A stretch of DNA of 64,000 nucleotides. Source: Phoronis australis. Lineage: Eukaryota > Animalia > Phoronida. The notes beneath the pieces are model-generated. The model was not told the DNA's origin, made no database searches, and was given only the letters and a program-made list of their open reading frames with translations. Below, in pieces: positions 14,201 through 25,994 of the stretch. Made by a program: the position numbers and the translations under genes. The DNA lies in assembly GCA_002633005.1 (NCBI GenBank), contig NMRA01000068.1, positions 452,259 through 516,258 on the forward strand. Direction: 5' to 3'. Positions within the stretch are counted from its first letter, which is position 1; the number at the start of each line of letters is the position of its first letter.

Positions 14201-17200
14201 GTCTGAACATGACAGGAAACTGAGAGTTGACCTAATGAATCTGAACATGACAGACAACTGCGGGTTGATCTTGTGAGTCTGAACATGAGAGACAACTGAG
14301 GGTTGATCTTGTGAGTCAATGACAGGCAACTGAGGGTTGATCTTGTGATCCTGACCATTACAGACAACTGAGGGGTGATTTAGTGAGTCTGAGAATGAGA
14401 AGCAACTGAGGTTGATCTAATGAGTCTGAACATGAGAGGCAACTGAAGGTTGAACCAGTTAATTAGCCTAAACACGAGGGACAACTGAGGGATTTTTAGT
14501 TAGTCTGAACATTGGAGACAAAAGTGGGTTGATCTGCTGAGTTTGAACACAGGAGACAAATGAGGGTTGATAGTCTCAACACGGCAGACAACTGAGGCCA
14601 ATAAGTCTGAACATGAGGGACAACTGAAGAGAAAATACATAGACACATCAGCAAGAATAAAATCCACAATGCTTAACTGTATCTTCAAGATATTATTGAC
14701 ATGTTAGGTGAAGATGACAAGCATCATCTAATTGTAACCAAATTTCATGCTTCCTAGATAACTAAGATTTGGAATTCTTTTACTAGAAACTTCTCAATCT
14801 GGAGAAAATGGTTTCTCAAAAGCATATCACAATGTTTGGCTTCCAGTACTGAAACAACACTGAGTCGAGAAGAGTTAGATAACACATAATTATCCAGTGT
14901 GTTTAGTGGGATAGACATTGCTCTTACCTTATGTACTGGATTGACTAGCAAATAAGACAGGTGAAACATATAGAACTCAAAGGCATCTAAGCAAGAGTTA
15001 AGGAAATTACAACAAAAAATTTACAACATCCCAATCCTAAGACACAACAACAGACCTTATTCTAAAATTCTTCTTTAAATTGTTTTAGGAAAGATGCATT
15101 TTTCTGCTTCAAAACAGAGACTTTCTTTTTCATTTTTTAAAGAAGTTTATTACCACTAGTTTTTTAAAATATAATCTAACTTAAATGGATTTAACGTGAC
15201 ACTCTGTTTGACTTTTGTGCTTAGTGTAACTCAACTTCTGAATTCAAAACAACTTTGAAAAAAAGATTGCTCCGAAGGCTGGGTAGGAAATTGACTTACG
15301 GTAAAGCCATAATCAGACCAGCCTTTGTTATTGTAATTATTGTCACTCTTGGCACATGGTCAGCTTTGAAGATTTTTTAAAAATGTTTAATGACGGAAAC
15401 ATAATCAGTGCTTGGCAGTACTTTTCATGAAGGTGCAAAACATATTCAAACTGTATGCACTCAATTTCACATACTCAAGTTAAGACAGAGCACATACTGT
15501 CAGTCAAAAGACAATTAGTGCAATGTTCATAGCCTGCCAGACAACACAGAATTTGAACTGGGTCCTCACAAGTGACAGTTTGTAGTCCAAACCACTGTGT
15601 TATACAGTCATCTAAAAGGATACTAAGAGAGAGCATGCCGAGTGGTTGGCCTTGGGCATAGAACTGAAGTTTGTTGACAAACAGCAGAGGGACAGTGCCT
15701 TCCTCAATTAGGTGCTGGGTGGGATGCTGAAAAATACAAAACCAACATCAGTCAATAAAGAAGGTACTTAGACAACAAAAGGAAACATACTAGACACAGG
15801 CCATGTTTTGTAATTCACACAGACTTAATTATGTATCATCACCCACAAGAAACCACTTCAGTAATAGTCCTAAAGGTGTTGAAGAATTAAAATCATTACT
15901 TGTTGAGCAACAAATCAATCTAATTTCAGTAACACACTAAAATAATTTCCAAGGTACTTCAACAACAGCTGAGCAATACTGCGGATCCAGGATTTTGAGT
16001 TGGGGGGGGGGGCAGCCAGGGCACAGGAATAACCAGAATTTCGAGAGGATTCGCGTGCCCAGTCTAAAATGTAGGGATGCGGAGGTCTTGAATTCTTGGG
16101 TTTGCGGACCTTTTGGCTAAAAAAAAGGTAGACGGGGTTTGTTGAGGGCCCCCGAACCTCCCTGGTTGCGCGCATGTGGTTGTCAGCAATTCGCACCACA
16201 ACTGCCAAATGGTATCTGGTAGAACTGGTAGAATTTTAAGAGGGGCCAAGTTCCCCTTGGGCCCCCCCCTAAATCCGCCACTGAAAACCTGATCAAAATG
16301 AATCCAGACAATCTCCATTTTTCCCCTCATTTTAGTGACTGAAGGATGACCACATGGTAAACTTTGACACTCCTATTTCATGCAGCTGCTTTTCTTGGAG
16401 TACCACAGTTCACTATGTCAAAGAGGAGCCATCGTTCAATCCACACATATTTTAATACACTTAGATTTTTATATTAGAACTGATAACTAGCTGTTTCTTT
16501 GTTAGCTTGAAGAGATTTACTCACTGACAAAAAAGTAGAAATTTTAAGAAAAAAGTAGGAAAAGTAGGATAACCTTCAAAAACGTAGGAAAATGTTCAGC
16601 TTTGGGAGGCCTGTGTATTGCACGCGCATTCTTGTTAATAATGATCTTTTAGTAACAATACAACTCTTTCCTCAAAAGCAGTTGTCTACTCTGACTTACA
16701 GGCAAACACTGTATGGGGAAGTCAAACTTGAACATTTCATCTGACAGCAGTCGGTAGACCAAGTTGATGAGGGGGCCGTCGGGGCCAAGGAACGATTTCA
16801 GCGTCACATAGTCTTGGGAGAACTGCATGATTTTGTTCACGGACCATCCTGGCTGATTGTGAAAGCCATAGATGTGCTCAATCAGGTGTGGAAATATAGC
16901 ATGTAGGTCCTGAAAAAGACAGGAATGCTCGTTACGATGTTGTAAAGGCAGTGTGTAGCTTAACTACAGCACTTGTTGTCAATTCAGACCAACGGAAAAT
17001 AAATCAAGTTACTTCGGAAAGAAAAAATGATTAAAACCAGTTTCTAATCACTTTCACGTGTTTCAGAACAAACAGTAAAACCCAAACCAACCTAAAAATA
17101 ACACAATAGCAAATCCATGGTGAAACACAGCCTTTCACTTAAATAATTTTAAAGCACTGTCAGGTGAAATGTTGTATTTTAGCGATAGTTATCTTTAAAT

Positions 17201-20200
17201 TCTAGATGATACTGTGGTCAAAAACAGTTATTGAAACCATTAAAACTACTGGACGTTCTTAAATTCAATAACACTGTCCAGTGCTCAATTTGGTGACCTG
17301 CACCTCACCAATGCGACTTCAGATTGTGTTTGACGACCTGGTAAAAATCCAAAGTCGCCACAGCGAGAAGCAAAGTCAGAAGACAATTCAAACAAAATTT
17401 GTTTCAAAATTGTGGTAACATCCAAGCCTTAAACTAATAACCTATTTTCATATAGATTCAATACCTTTTATTCACAATTGTTCTGTTTATGTCTTGAAAT
17501 CAGTAGTGTATTTTCCATCCTTAGCATATTAAACACACTCGTATTACTTCAGGAAGTAAACAGACAGAAATGAGAATTGTTTGGCAAAAATAATGCCAGC
17601 ATCTCACTAGAAAAGCAAGATCTCGCGAAATACTGCTGTGTATTTCCAATCAGAGCACATGATTTTGGCTAAATCTTTCTCGCTGTAAGACAGATATTGA
17701 ACTTTACCCAGGCAAGGTTGGACCATGAAACATGCGCTCTCATTGTTTCCGATCATCTGCATGCTTCATAGGTGAAAGCAAACCAAAACATAACTTGCAA
17801 ATATATGTGAATAATTTATGAGCTCCGGTAAACAATTTTAGGTGAATGAAGAGTAAACATCGGAAAAAATCAGGAGCTTTCATTCATTCGACGTGACGAT
17901 ATGCCACACAAGGGTAAAGTACATCACAAAACTCAGAGAACGGTGTACACTTATGGAGAAAAAAGGAACAGGTATGTGTTACTTTTTAATAATGGTGACA
18001 GTGGCACATTTTTTTTTGTTCATCAACCTCCAACCTCCATTTTGGGAACCTCAGTTTTCATTTGGCAACCTTCGATTTTCGCTAAGTTGCATTTGGTGAG
18101 TTGACTTTAAGCTAAGCATTGAGCACTGTCGTCAGTAAACTTAAAAACAATATTTGCTCCCATTAGAAACAATAGCTGGAAAAAAAAGATTTTTTTAAAG
18201 ATTTTTTTTACCCAGAAAGCATATCATTAATGAATAGTAGATACGGCTGGGGTTGGGTAGCCCCAATTACATATGTTTACAACTTACTAGAGTATAACAC
18301 ACTGTACATCATATCAATTTAACAAATAAGTATTTTGACAATACTCCAAATGATTGGGCAAATTAGCCGAGAATAATATAAAAAGGGGGGGGGGGAACGG
18401 GAAGGACTTTCATACACTCATCCACACTCACATTCACACAGTTTAATTAACTTAATACATTTACGTACTAGGTTCATATTTGTGAAAAGATTAATTTTCT
18501 TATAATACAACAGAAGTGGTTAAAAAATAACACCATATATTGTTTGAATCACTTTAAAGAGATGCCTGCAAAACCCTCCACTGTTCTGAAGTTTTATCCG
18601 AGGCATTACAATGAGGTTCACTGCGTCAAAAAGTATAAATCTAAACTTATCAAAACAAGGTTGAGACCCATCTCTCGATGATGTATAAATATAATGTGGG
18701 GCATGAGTGTATATGGTATTGAAGATTTCACTTAGATTGCCAAAGAAGCAAACTAAGAATTGGTACATAGATGGCTCAGTGTGTAAATTAATTAAAAACT
18801 TTACTTATGAAATGATGTAAAGAATTCCAGAAATGTTTAACACAGAAGCAGCTATAAAACATATGCTGAAAAGTCTGGACTTCGCCACACTAAGGACATT
18901 GGTCTGTTTGTGAAATACCAAATATTTTTAACATTTTGTTTGTATAAATTCTTTTGTGAATGAAAAAGTATTTAAACATTGTCAAATGAGGGTTTATGGA
19001 TAGATTGAAAGGGAGATTATATATTTCTTTAATTTCGGCGTCTGTGTAAGAGTTGAGTAAAAATGCATAATTATCCGATTTACAGAAAACTTGTGAATAA
19101 ATGTGTTTTTGATCCATGAATTGGAACTATTGAAGAATAAAAATCTAATGTTGTTACAACCAACAATCCTTCTATCCGACACACTCAGAACTTTCTTCAA
19201 GGTCGTTGTAGTGACAGAAAATGGTATGATAGACGTATCCTTTAAATAATTTTTCTTTTAAAATACTTTCCCATTTAAGAAATTTGTTCTGGCTATCTAA
19301 AAAATCTTCACAAAATATGAGGCCTGCATTGTACAGATCTTGGTAAAATATTGACTTACTGTTAACAGTTAAGTTACAATTGTTCCATATTACTTGTTTG
19401 GCTATTGGTACTTCCTTGAAAATTTCAGGATTAAGAATATCCAAGGTAGTGAGAACATCTTTGTAAAAAGGGTTCTTAATTTCACATTTTAGGGTTTTCA
19501 GTTGAAAATTGGATGAAAAAATGAGGACACCACCAATACGACTGAAAAGATGCGTCGGGTATATCGTCCAACTTGCCTCATCCTCCGTATTAAAACGCTT
19601 GACCCAATTAAATAATAAGTTTAACTTAATCAGTTAGGATATTTCAAACCGCCCTCTTGATATGGCGAAATAGTCACAGTTTCCTTAATTTTTGGTGGTT
19701 TATTTAACCAAATAAATTCTCTGATAAGTTTATTAATTCCACAAATTCTTTTTTTGGTGATACCCACATCTGACATCACATGAATTAGTTTTGATAAACC
19801 AAAAGTTTTCGTAAGGAAGATTCTGCTTTTATGGACAAATTTCATATTTTCCAAATATCAATATTTGGAAATTAAATAAGATAATGCAACAAAACAACAC
19901 AATAGTATAAACTTATACTACCTTACCTTCACACTGGACTCTTCAAATATTTTTTCTAATTCAGCACATCGCTGTGCTATAGGCTTGGTCAAAACACTGT
20001 GAATCTTGCCCTGAAAATACAAAGGAACATAATACTGAGCAGGCAATATTCACATATTACAAACATTTTTGCAGAGTATTTGAACATTTCACCACAAGGT
20101 CAGGAAAGGGTTTTCTTCAATGAATGGATTTCAAGTGTCTTGGTGACCCAGATCCATAATTACATCATGTACATGGGGGAGCTGCTGTCCTTGGTCTGTT

Positions 20201-23200
20201 GTTAGCTTCATATAAATACACTTACTAAATTTAATAAAGATCTTGCAGTAGGCAAAGGAGATACAGCTATGGGCGTAAAACAAAACAAAACTACCACTAG
20301 GAGGCGCTACAGTGGTCAGAGTCGTCATCATCAACCGTCCTCTTCACACTGAGAACATATACGCCATTTTCAAAATCATCCTTAGAGTGGTTTGGTTGAT
20401 GGAGGGTGGATTCACAAACCGTAAAAATGGCCACTAGATGGTGCAAACTACATCGAATCCATCCGAAAACAGGAGGATAGTGTCACCTCACTAATAGATG
20501 CCAAACTTTGTGAAAATCTATTGAGGACTTTTGAAGATATGTGGGAAGCGTAAATAACTAAAATTGCCACTAGGGGATGCACCAGTGGTCGGATGCGTCT
20601 GAAAGTTGTAGTTGTCCGTTCTCAACATCACATAAATACACTTGCTAAATTTAGATCCTGCAAATGGTTTAGGAGATACAGCCATGGCTGCAAAAAAGAC
20701 AAAACTGCAACTAAGAGGCACCATAGTAGTCAAAGTCATCCGAAAATCACCATGAGCCATCCACTTAATAGAAAGAAGTTCAACATACATGCTAATTTTC
20801 ACAGTCATCCTGAGAACGGTTTGGTTGATAGAGGGGTGGACGCCAAAAAACAGGCTCGAAAACAGTTAACATGGCCACTATGTACCACAAACTATGTCAA
20901 ATCCATCTGAAAACGGGGGGATAGCGTCACCTCACTAACAGATGTGTATATGCCACATTTTATGAAAATACATTGAGGACCTTTGAAGTTACAGACTGAG
21001 GTAAACGTAAAAAACTAAAATTGCCACTAGGGGGCACAGTGGTAGTTGGATGCGTCGCTCATGCCATTGGATCCATGAAAGGAACACACATGCAAATTTC
21101 ATAAACATACGTAAAAGGATTTGGAGATAGAGCAGCGGACGTCAGATGGACACCGGACGAATGGACGCCGAACAGAGATGACGGCATAATGCGTCCACAT
21201 ATAAATATGTGGGTAAGTGTTCCGTAGTCGTATGGCTTCTTGTTTAGCATTTTGTGTTTTTGAATAAACCTGCAGACGGTGCTCAATAGAAAAACTTGAT
21301 GCCCACAAACATTATACACGAATGAGACATATTCAACCAGAGTCCAACATGCCAATGAAAATCTTGAGTCATTTTTACGAGCGTTGTATGAACAGGCCGA
21401 CCACTGCGACTCCCAAGACAGGGATGAGATGATACGTGACCGGCTTGTCAAAGGTATACGCGATCGAGATGTGTCAAAAGAGTTACAACTGAAATCAGGG
21501 CTTACACTTGAACAAGCTATCTTGTCCGCTAGACAGGCCGAGCAGGTCAATTCCCAGATGCGGCAGTTGTCACTCGCAACTGGCCCAGATAAGGCCATAG
21601 GTGCCATCAGAGGTCGCAGACGAGGTCAGCATCACGTTCCCCGTGGTAGAGGCAAACGTAGGCCAAAGCGTGACAGCAGCACGCCTAAATGCGACAGTGA
21701 CACGCAACAGAATTATGGTCAATGCGGTTACAGTAAACACAAACCTGGTGAAACATGCCCTGCTACTGATCAGCTGTGCAACAGGTGTCATCGAAAAGGA
21801 CATTTTAAATCGCAGTGCAGGTCAAAGACAATTAAAGAGATATTCATTGGAAACGGTGAAGAAAGTGAGTCAAACGCATACTTCCTTGGTAGTTGTACAG
21901 TTGTCGATGACAACGAGGACACGTCTGACAATTGGACAGTGAATCTGACAATCCACGACAAGTTAGTCGAGTTCAAGTTCGATACCGGAGCTGATATTTC
22001 GATCATGCCAGAGTCCGTCTATGAGACACTCAAACCCCGACCCGCTTTAGAGCACACAAAAACTGCCTTGTTCACTCCTAGCGATAGACTTAAGACGTCA
22101 TGTTCTTTTCTCGCGTCAGTAACACATGATGCGAGTAAATACAAGTTTCACATCTTTGTTGTATCCAGAACAAAGAGTTGTCTGTTGAGCCGAAATGTTT
22201 CCACGAAATTTGGACTTATTCGACACGTGGGTGAAACTAACGAGTCTGTTTTTGCTACAACAGGACTACTGAAGTGTGACCCGATCAAGATACATTTGAA
22301 AAAAAACGCAGAACCATACAGTTTGAATGCAGCGAGGCGAATACCCATACCACTGATGCCGAAAGTTAAGGCTGAAATCGAGCGAATGGTTGCAGGTGAC
22401 ATAATCAAACCAGTAACTCAGCCTACTCTGTGGTATGCGCCGATCGTTCTTGTTGCTAAGGATGGAAGTGTCCGCATATGCGCAGATTTAAAGAAACTGA
22501 ACCTCGCAGTGCAACGTGAACGTTATGTTCTACACACCTTGCGTTGGATGACGTAATTCACAAGCTTTCAGGGGCCACTGCATTTACTACACTTGATGCT
22601 TCTAGTGGGTATTGGGCTGTTCCACTGCATAAGGAGTCGTCTTCTCACTACGTTTACCACACTGATGGGGCGTTTATGTTTTAAACGTTTACCGTTTGGA
22701 ATTAGCTGTGCTAGCGAGATATTCCAGAGAATTATGAATGAGTTACTTGAGGGTACTCAAGCAATCGTATGGCAAGATAACATTTTGATATATGGCAAGA
22801 CCGTGAGTGAGCACGACGCAATGCTAGAAACCTTCATGAAGCGAACTGAAGAGTCCGGATTGAAACTAAACCAAGCCAAGTGTTTGTTTCATAAGAGTCA
22901 GTTGAGATACGTCTGGCATAAATTTGATGCTTCAGGAATGAGTCCCGCTGAGACATTGTGATCATGGATCTTGAGCCACCTACAAACGTGACGGAACTTC
23001 GCAGAGTTCTAGGCATGGTGAAGTGTCTTGGAAGATATTTGCCAAATCTCGCAATTGTAATGGCACCTATGAACGAACTGTTTTGTAAAGACATTGAGTT
23101 CCGTTGGGGAGTTGCCCAAGAAAAACCGTTCAAACAAGTTAAAGAACTCATAGCCAAGTACTGGCATATTATGACGTAACCTTATCCACTGTTGTGAGTT

Positions 23201-25994
23201 GTGATGCTAGTAGCTATGGCATCGGCGGTGTTATCATGCAACAGCGTGGAGACGAGTTACGCCCCATTGCTTTCTGTTTGAGAACATTAACGCCAGCTGA
23301 AAGAAACTATGCCCAAACCGAAAAAGAGTGTTTGGCATCCACATGTGTTTGCGAAAAATTCCGTCGATATTTACAGGGACTCGAGTCATTCCGCCTAATG
23401 ACCGACCATAAACCGCTTGTCCCTCTGCTGAATACGCGTGACATCGATTGTGTACCACTACGTTGTCAGAGGCTTATTGTAAGACTAATGCCTTTCAATT
23501 TGCAAACAGAGCACGTTCTTGGCAAACTCATGGTTGTGGCAGATGCTTTATCCAGAGCACCCATGAAAGAAACTGAGTCAGCTACTGAACACGATGTGGC
23601 ATTCCATGTCAATGCTGTAATCTATGCCAAGCCTATGTCTGGCAGTAAACTAGTTGAGATACAAGTAGCGACCGAGCAAGATGACAAGCTCCAGCATGCC
23701 ACTGAATTGACCATGAATGGTTGGCCAGCCCATAAGAAGCAAGTTCCGTCATCTGTGCTAGAGCTCTACAATGAGAGACACAGCCTTTTAGCAGCCACGG
23801 TGTATTACTGATGGGTTCCCGTATTGTAGTACCAAAACTATGCGCAAAGATATTCTAAGTCGCATTCACGATGGACACATGGAAATTAACAAATGCCGCG
23901 AAAGAGCAAACATGTCCGTGTTTTGGCCCGGCATTAACGACGACATACAGAGACTTATTCGTGAGTGTGAGTTTTGTCAAGTACACAGACCAACACAGAA
24001 ACACGAGCCACTAATCGTTACACCACAACCTAATAGACCATGGCAAAAACTGTCCGTTGACTTATGTGAGGTAAGCAAAGTGAAATATCTTGTCATTATG
24101 GACTATTATTCCAAGTGGTTGGAGGTAATTCGTATGACTGACACAACAGCATCTCGAGTAATCCAGAAGAAAAAGCAGTGTTCGCGTGATTTGCAATCCC
24201 AGACGAAATCGTATCGGACAATGGTCCCCCGTTTGATTCTGAAGCAATGAAGCGTTTTGCTGCAGGGTATGGTATTGTTAATTCTTACCACAGTCCTCAC
24301 AACCCACAGGCTAATGGTCAAGCGGGAAGTGGTGTTGCAATTGCTGAGAAAATATTGCTACAGAACGATCCCATGATGGCTTTGTTAAGCTATAGGTTCA
24401 CAACAGTTTCAACGACTGGTTTTAGTCCGTCCCAAGTTGTTAATGGGTCGCGAACTCCGAACTGACATCCCGACCATGCCCAATCAACTTCAGCCCCAGT
24501 GGCCAGACAAGGAAACCGTCTCGAAACGGGTTAAATCTACACAGCAAGACTATAAACCAACCTCATGGTGTTTCACCTCTTCCAAATCTGGAAGTTGGCA
24601 AAAAGTTCGCGTTAAACACGACGCCGCAAAAACAATGATCTCAGCCTGCAACTGTTGTACAAGCACACGGTACGCCGAGATCGTACAGAAGATGGTAAAG
24701 AATACCGCAGGAACAGACGTCATCTTCAGAGCATTTCGATACAACCATCATGTACGCCTGAGAAAACGCATTTGTTGAGTTCAAAAGCATTTCCAACAGA
24801 ATCGTCAGTCAGCCAGCAGACAGCTACGAATGTGTCATCTGATGTATCGTCTACTGTGGAATCTTCGAATCGCCCTACTGTCACGACACGATCAGGACGA
24901 CACGTCAAGCCGACTACTTGGTCCAAAGATTATGTTTAGATTTAGGTACTAGTAGTTTATGTGCAAGGCAGTGTTGGATTAAGAATGATACCCGCCTTTA
25001 CTCGAAATTCCTGGGTAGTCCACCCCGGGTTTATAATTAAGCCTAGTCTTATAGAGTTATTGTTAAGTCGGTATTTTATAGTTACTTATTTTACTTTTTC
25101 CTCTGACTTATTTGCTTGCGGAATAATGTATCGGCATTGGACTAGATATTTGGACAGTGACAGTTTATGCCATAGTGATATGACATTGAGTACATGAGTA
25201 CTTAGTTAAGACACTTGGATAATGGTTGCTTGTTTAACTATGTTAAATCTCGGAGGGGAGATGTTCCGTAGTCATATGGCTTCTTCTTTAGTATTTTGTG
25301 TTTTTGAATAAACCTACAGACAGCGCTCAACAACAAAACAATAAGTACCTTTTGTGCATAGAGGGACACCTTAGGAGGCAGTCGATGTCTTTAATTCTTT
25401 CCACCTGGAACAATACTCCCATTATCAAACTTTTTCTTCGAGCAGTCCTTCGTTCAGTTCCCGAAATTGGCCATTTTCAACACTGTGCAGGGCAGGTGGT
25501 ATGACGTCATATCTCCTGGCATGCACAGTGTGAAAATGGTCATTATTGATTTAGGGAACTGAATGAGGGACTGCTCAAAGAAAAAGTTTGGTAACGAGAC
25601 TAGTCAACAGTATTTGTTCGAGTTCGAAGACATCGACGGCCTCCTAAGGTGTCCCTCTATGTTCAGAAGGTATTTATAACAACGTGATTTTGATATTTAG
25701 TTGGTTAAAAGCTTCCGGCATATGAAGCTCTTATACTAGGAACTACAACGTCTCAATGAGCAGCTAGAGATTGTGGTCACTGTCAGCCGTACAGGAGTCC
25801 GGAGCTAAAACCACTGAGACACACGGCTCCTCAAATCGAGAAAATACTCAAGAATAGAAATAATTTCTCGTTTTCATTATCTAATACATATTGAGAAACC
25901 TCTTAATGTAGTCAAATTGCATACAGTTGAGCAAAACAGGATACAAAAATCAAATATTTACAGCCACTGAAACTGTGCTAGCGGGCGCCGCCAT
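8183..25994 (-). CDS. SMPD4: Sphingomyelin phosphodiesterase 4 (nSMase3), 5' part of a spliced gene; continues beyond the left edge
   Basis: Minus-strand exons 25994-25962, 20010-19927, 16909-16700, 15726-15624, 14986-14928, 13833-13673, 10428-10290, 8759-8688, 8251-8183. All have AG/GT boundaries and compatible phases. Joined protein MAAPASTVSVA-GKIHSVLTKPIAQRCAELEKIFEESSVK-DLHAIFPHLIEHIYG...FLGPDGPLINLVYRLLSDEMFKFDFPIQCLP...LSLNAFEFYMF...DDFLKYFLP...DTWRTETLIQ-ILCEFWL parallels human SMPD4 as I recall it (KPFAQQCQDL, ELHTIFPWL, YKFDFPVSYLP, LNPFEYYIF, EIWRSETLLQVFVEMWL). Confidence 0.93.
8688..8759 (-). CDS. SMPD4: SMPD4 coding exon 8
   Basis: ttgtcacag acceptor, gtaagc donor; ILCEFWLNQNSGSPVKHGLSVQAA. 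Confidence 0.88.
8865..9037. repeat. 84-bp tandem duplication
   Basis: aaaaatactgtttcaaaacgtgta...aaactcttt occurs twice, with 2 mismatches. Confidence 0.9.
9248..9350 (+). mobile_element. tRNA-derived SINE head, degenerate
   Basis: A-box-like tggcctcatgtg and B box ggttcgagtcc; no cloverleaf. Confidence 0.5.
10290..10428 (-). CDS. SMPD4: SMPD4 coding exon 7
   Basis: ttttccag acceptor, gtacgg donor; ...ALLRHQSPRAHATNIDYTATDTWRTETLIQ. Confidence 0.9.
10855..10975 (-). mobile_element. tRNA-derived SINE head, degenerate
   Basis: Minus strand tggctcagtctg ... ggttcgagtcc; no cloverleaf. Confidence 0.5.
11706..13415. mobile_element. ~600-bp TTAA-flanked MITE (Kolobok-type termini GGTTAT...ATAACC), split by the family 2 HINE
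   Basis: ttaa-gttat ... ataacc-ttaa; both halves align by eye with the uninterrupted relative at 48395-48994. Confidence 0.6.
11985..13130 (-). mobile_element. HINE family 2 element inserted into a TTAA MITE
   Basis: Perfect hairpin atacttggcgaaat-tt-atttcgccaagtat at 13098-13127; matching subterminal acacttggYgaaat at about 12009 and 12159; terminal hairpin cgctcc-ga-ggagcg at 11995-12008; two ~150-bp GAT/GAC-rich monomers. Confidence 0.7.
13673..13833 (-). CDS. SMPD4: SMPD4 coding exon 6
   Basis: attcag acceptor, gtgaga donor; TNWINPVDSLYAAIIDDFLKYFLPLDKNSIPP... Confidence 0.9.
13816..14630. repeat. 38-bp minisatellite, ~21 copies; the last unit contains the SMPD4 exon 6 acceptor
   Basis: Consensus gggttgatctagtgagtctgaacatgagagacaactga; period 38 from ttga anchors at 13997, 14035, 14073 and 14189, 14227, 14265, 14303. 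Confidence 0.95.
14928..14986 (-). CDS. SMPD4: SMPD4 coding exon 5
   Basis: Encodes (N)AFEFYMFHLSYLLVNPVHK; gtaaga donor. Confidence 0.9.
14987..15623 (-). other. U12-type (minor spliceosome) GT-AG intron of SMPD4, 637 nt
   Basis: 5' site GTATCCTTTT; branch site TTCCTTAAC at 15005-14997, followed by tcttgctTAG. The phase-1 join gives L-N-AFEFY. Confidence 0.9.
15624..15726 (-). CDS. SMPD4: SMPD4 coding exon 4 (ends at a U12 donor)
   Basis: tttttcag acceptor; HPTQHLIEEGTVPLLFVNKLQFYAQGQPLGMLSL plus 1 nt; donor GTATCCTTTT. Confidence 0.9.
15978..16283. mobile_element. MITE with GCGGATCCAGG...CCTAAATCCGCCACTG termini and G/C runs
   Basis: Inverted termini and poly-G/poly-C subterminal tracts; relatives at about 26935-27100 and 62194-63208. 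Confidence 0.65.
16700..16909 (-). CDS. SMPD4: SMPD4 coding exon 3
   Basis: tttttcag acceptor, gtaagt donor; 70 codons DLHAIFPHL...FKFDFPIQCLP; overlaps track ORF 16649..16840. Confidence 0.93.
18200..19860 (-). mobile_element. 5'-truncated L1/Tx1-clade LINE (ORF2 C-terminal part); ends approximate
   Basis: LSKLIHV...FIWLNKPPKIK...EGGLKYP; QVIWNN...SIFYQDLYNAGL; KYFFIHKRIYTN...DQCP; T-rich tail near 18190-18210. Confidence 0.85.
19927..20010 (-). CDS. SMPD4: SMPD4 coding exon 2
   Basis: ttttcag acceptor, gtaagg donor; encodes GKIHSVLTKPIAQRCAELEKIFEESSVK. Confidence 0.9.
20195..21213 (-). mobile_element. HINE family 1 copy, 3'-truncated
   Basis: 5' hairpin atgcgtccacat..atgtggg at 21189-21213, ggac microsatellite, same monomers; abuts the Gypsy LTR. 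Confidence 0.8.
21218..25340 (+). mobile_element. Decayed Ty3/Gypsy LTR retrotransposon with 79-bp LTRs, in SMPD4 intron 1
   Basis: LTRs 21218-21296 and 25262-25340 (10 mismatches by my count); PPT cggaggggaga; flanks gtaag/ataag. Gag knuckle CNRCHRKGHFKSQC, protease DTGAD, RT LPFGI/WQDNIL, RNase H CDASSYGIGG, integrase HDGH..C and SDNGP, in Gypsy order. Many frameshifts. Confidence 0.95.
25341..25677. mobile_element. Fold-back (palindromic) MITE, ~337 bp
   Basis: Arms catagagggacaccttaggaggc / gcctcctaaggtgtccctctatg and aaactttttcttcgagcagtcc / ggactgctcaaagaaaaagttt; symmetry centre ATGACGTCAT at 25501-25510. Confidence 0.8.
25962..25994 (-). CDS. SMPD4: SMPD4 coding exon 1 (MAAPASTVSVA)
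   Basis: aaaATGGCGGCG in a CpG-rich patch; GTAAAT donor, phase 0, matches the phase of exon 2. Confidence 0.7.

Noticed and set aside
13816-14630. CRISPR-like array (38-bp period)
   Set aside because: Units are contiguous with no unique spacers, there are no cas genes and the context is a eukaryotic intron. The same applies to the 35-bp array at 61738.
17279-18129. Additional TIR element (cagtgctcaat / attgagcactg; similar end near 41550-41640)
   Set aside because: Probably real, but I could not fix termini or TSD, so it is not called as a feature.
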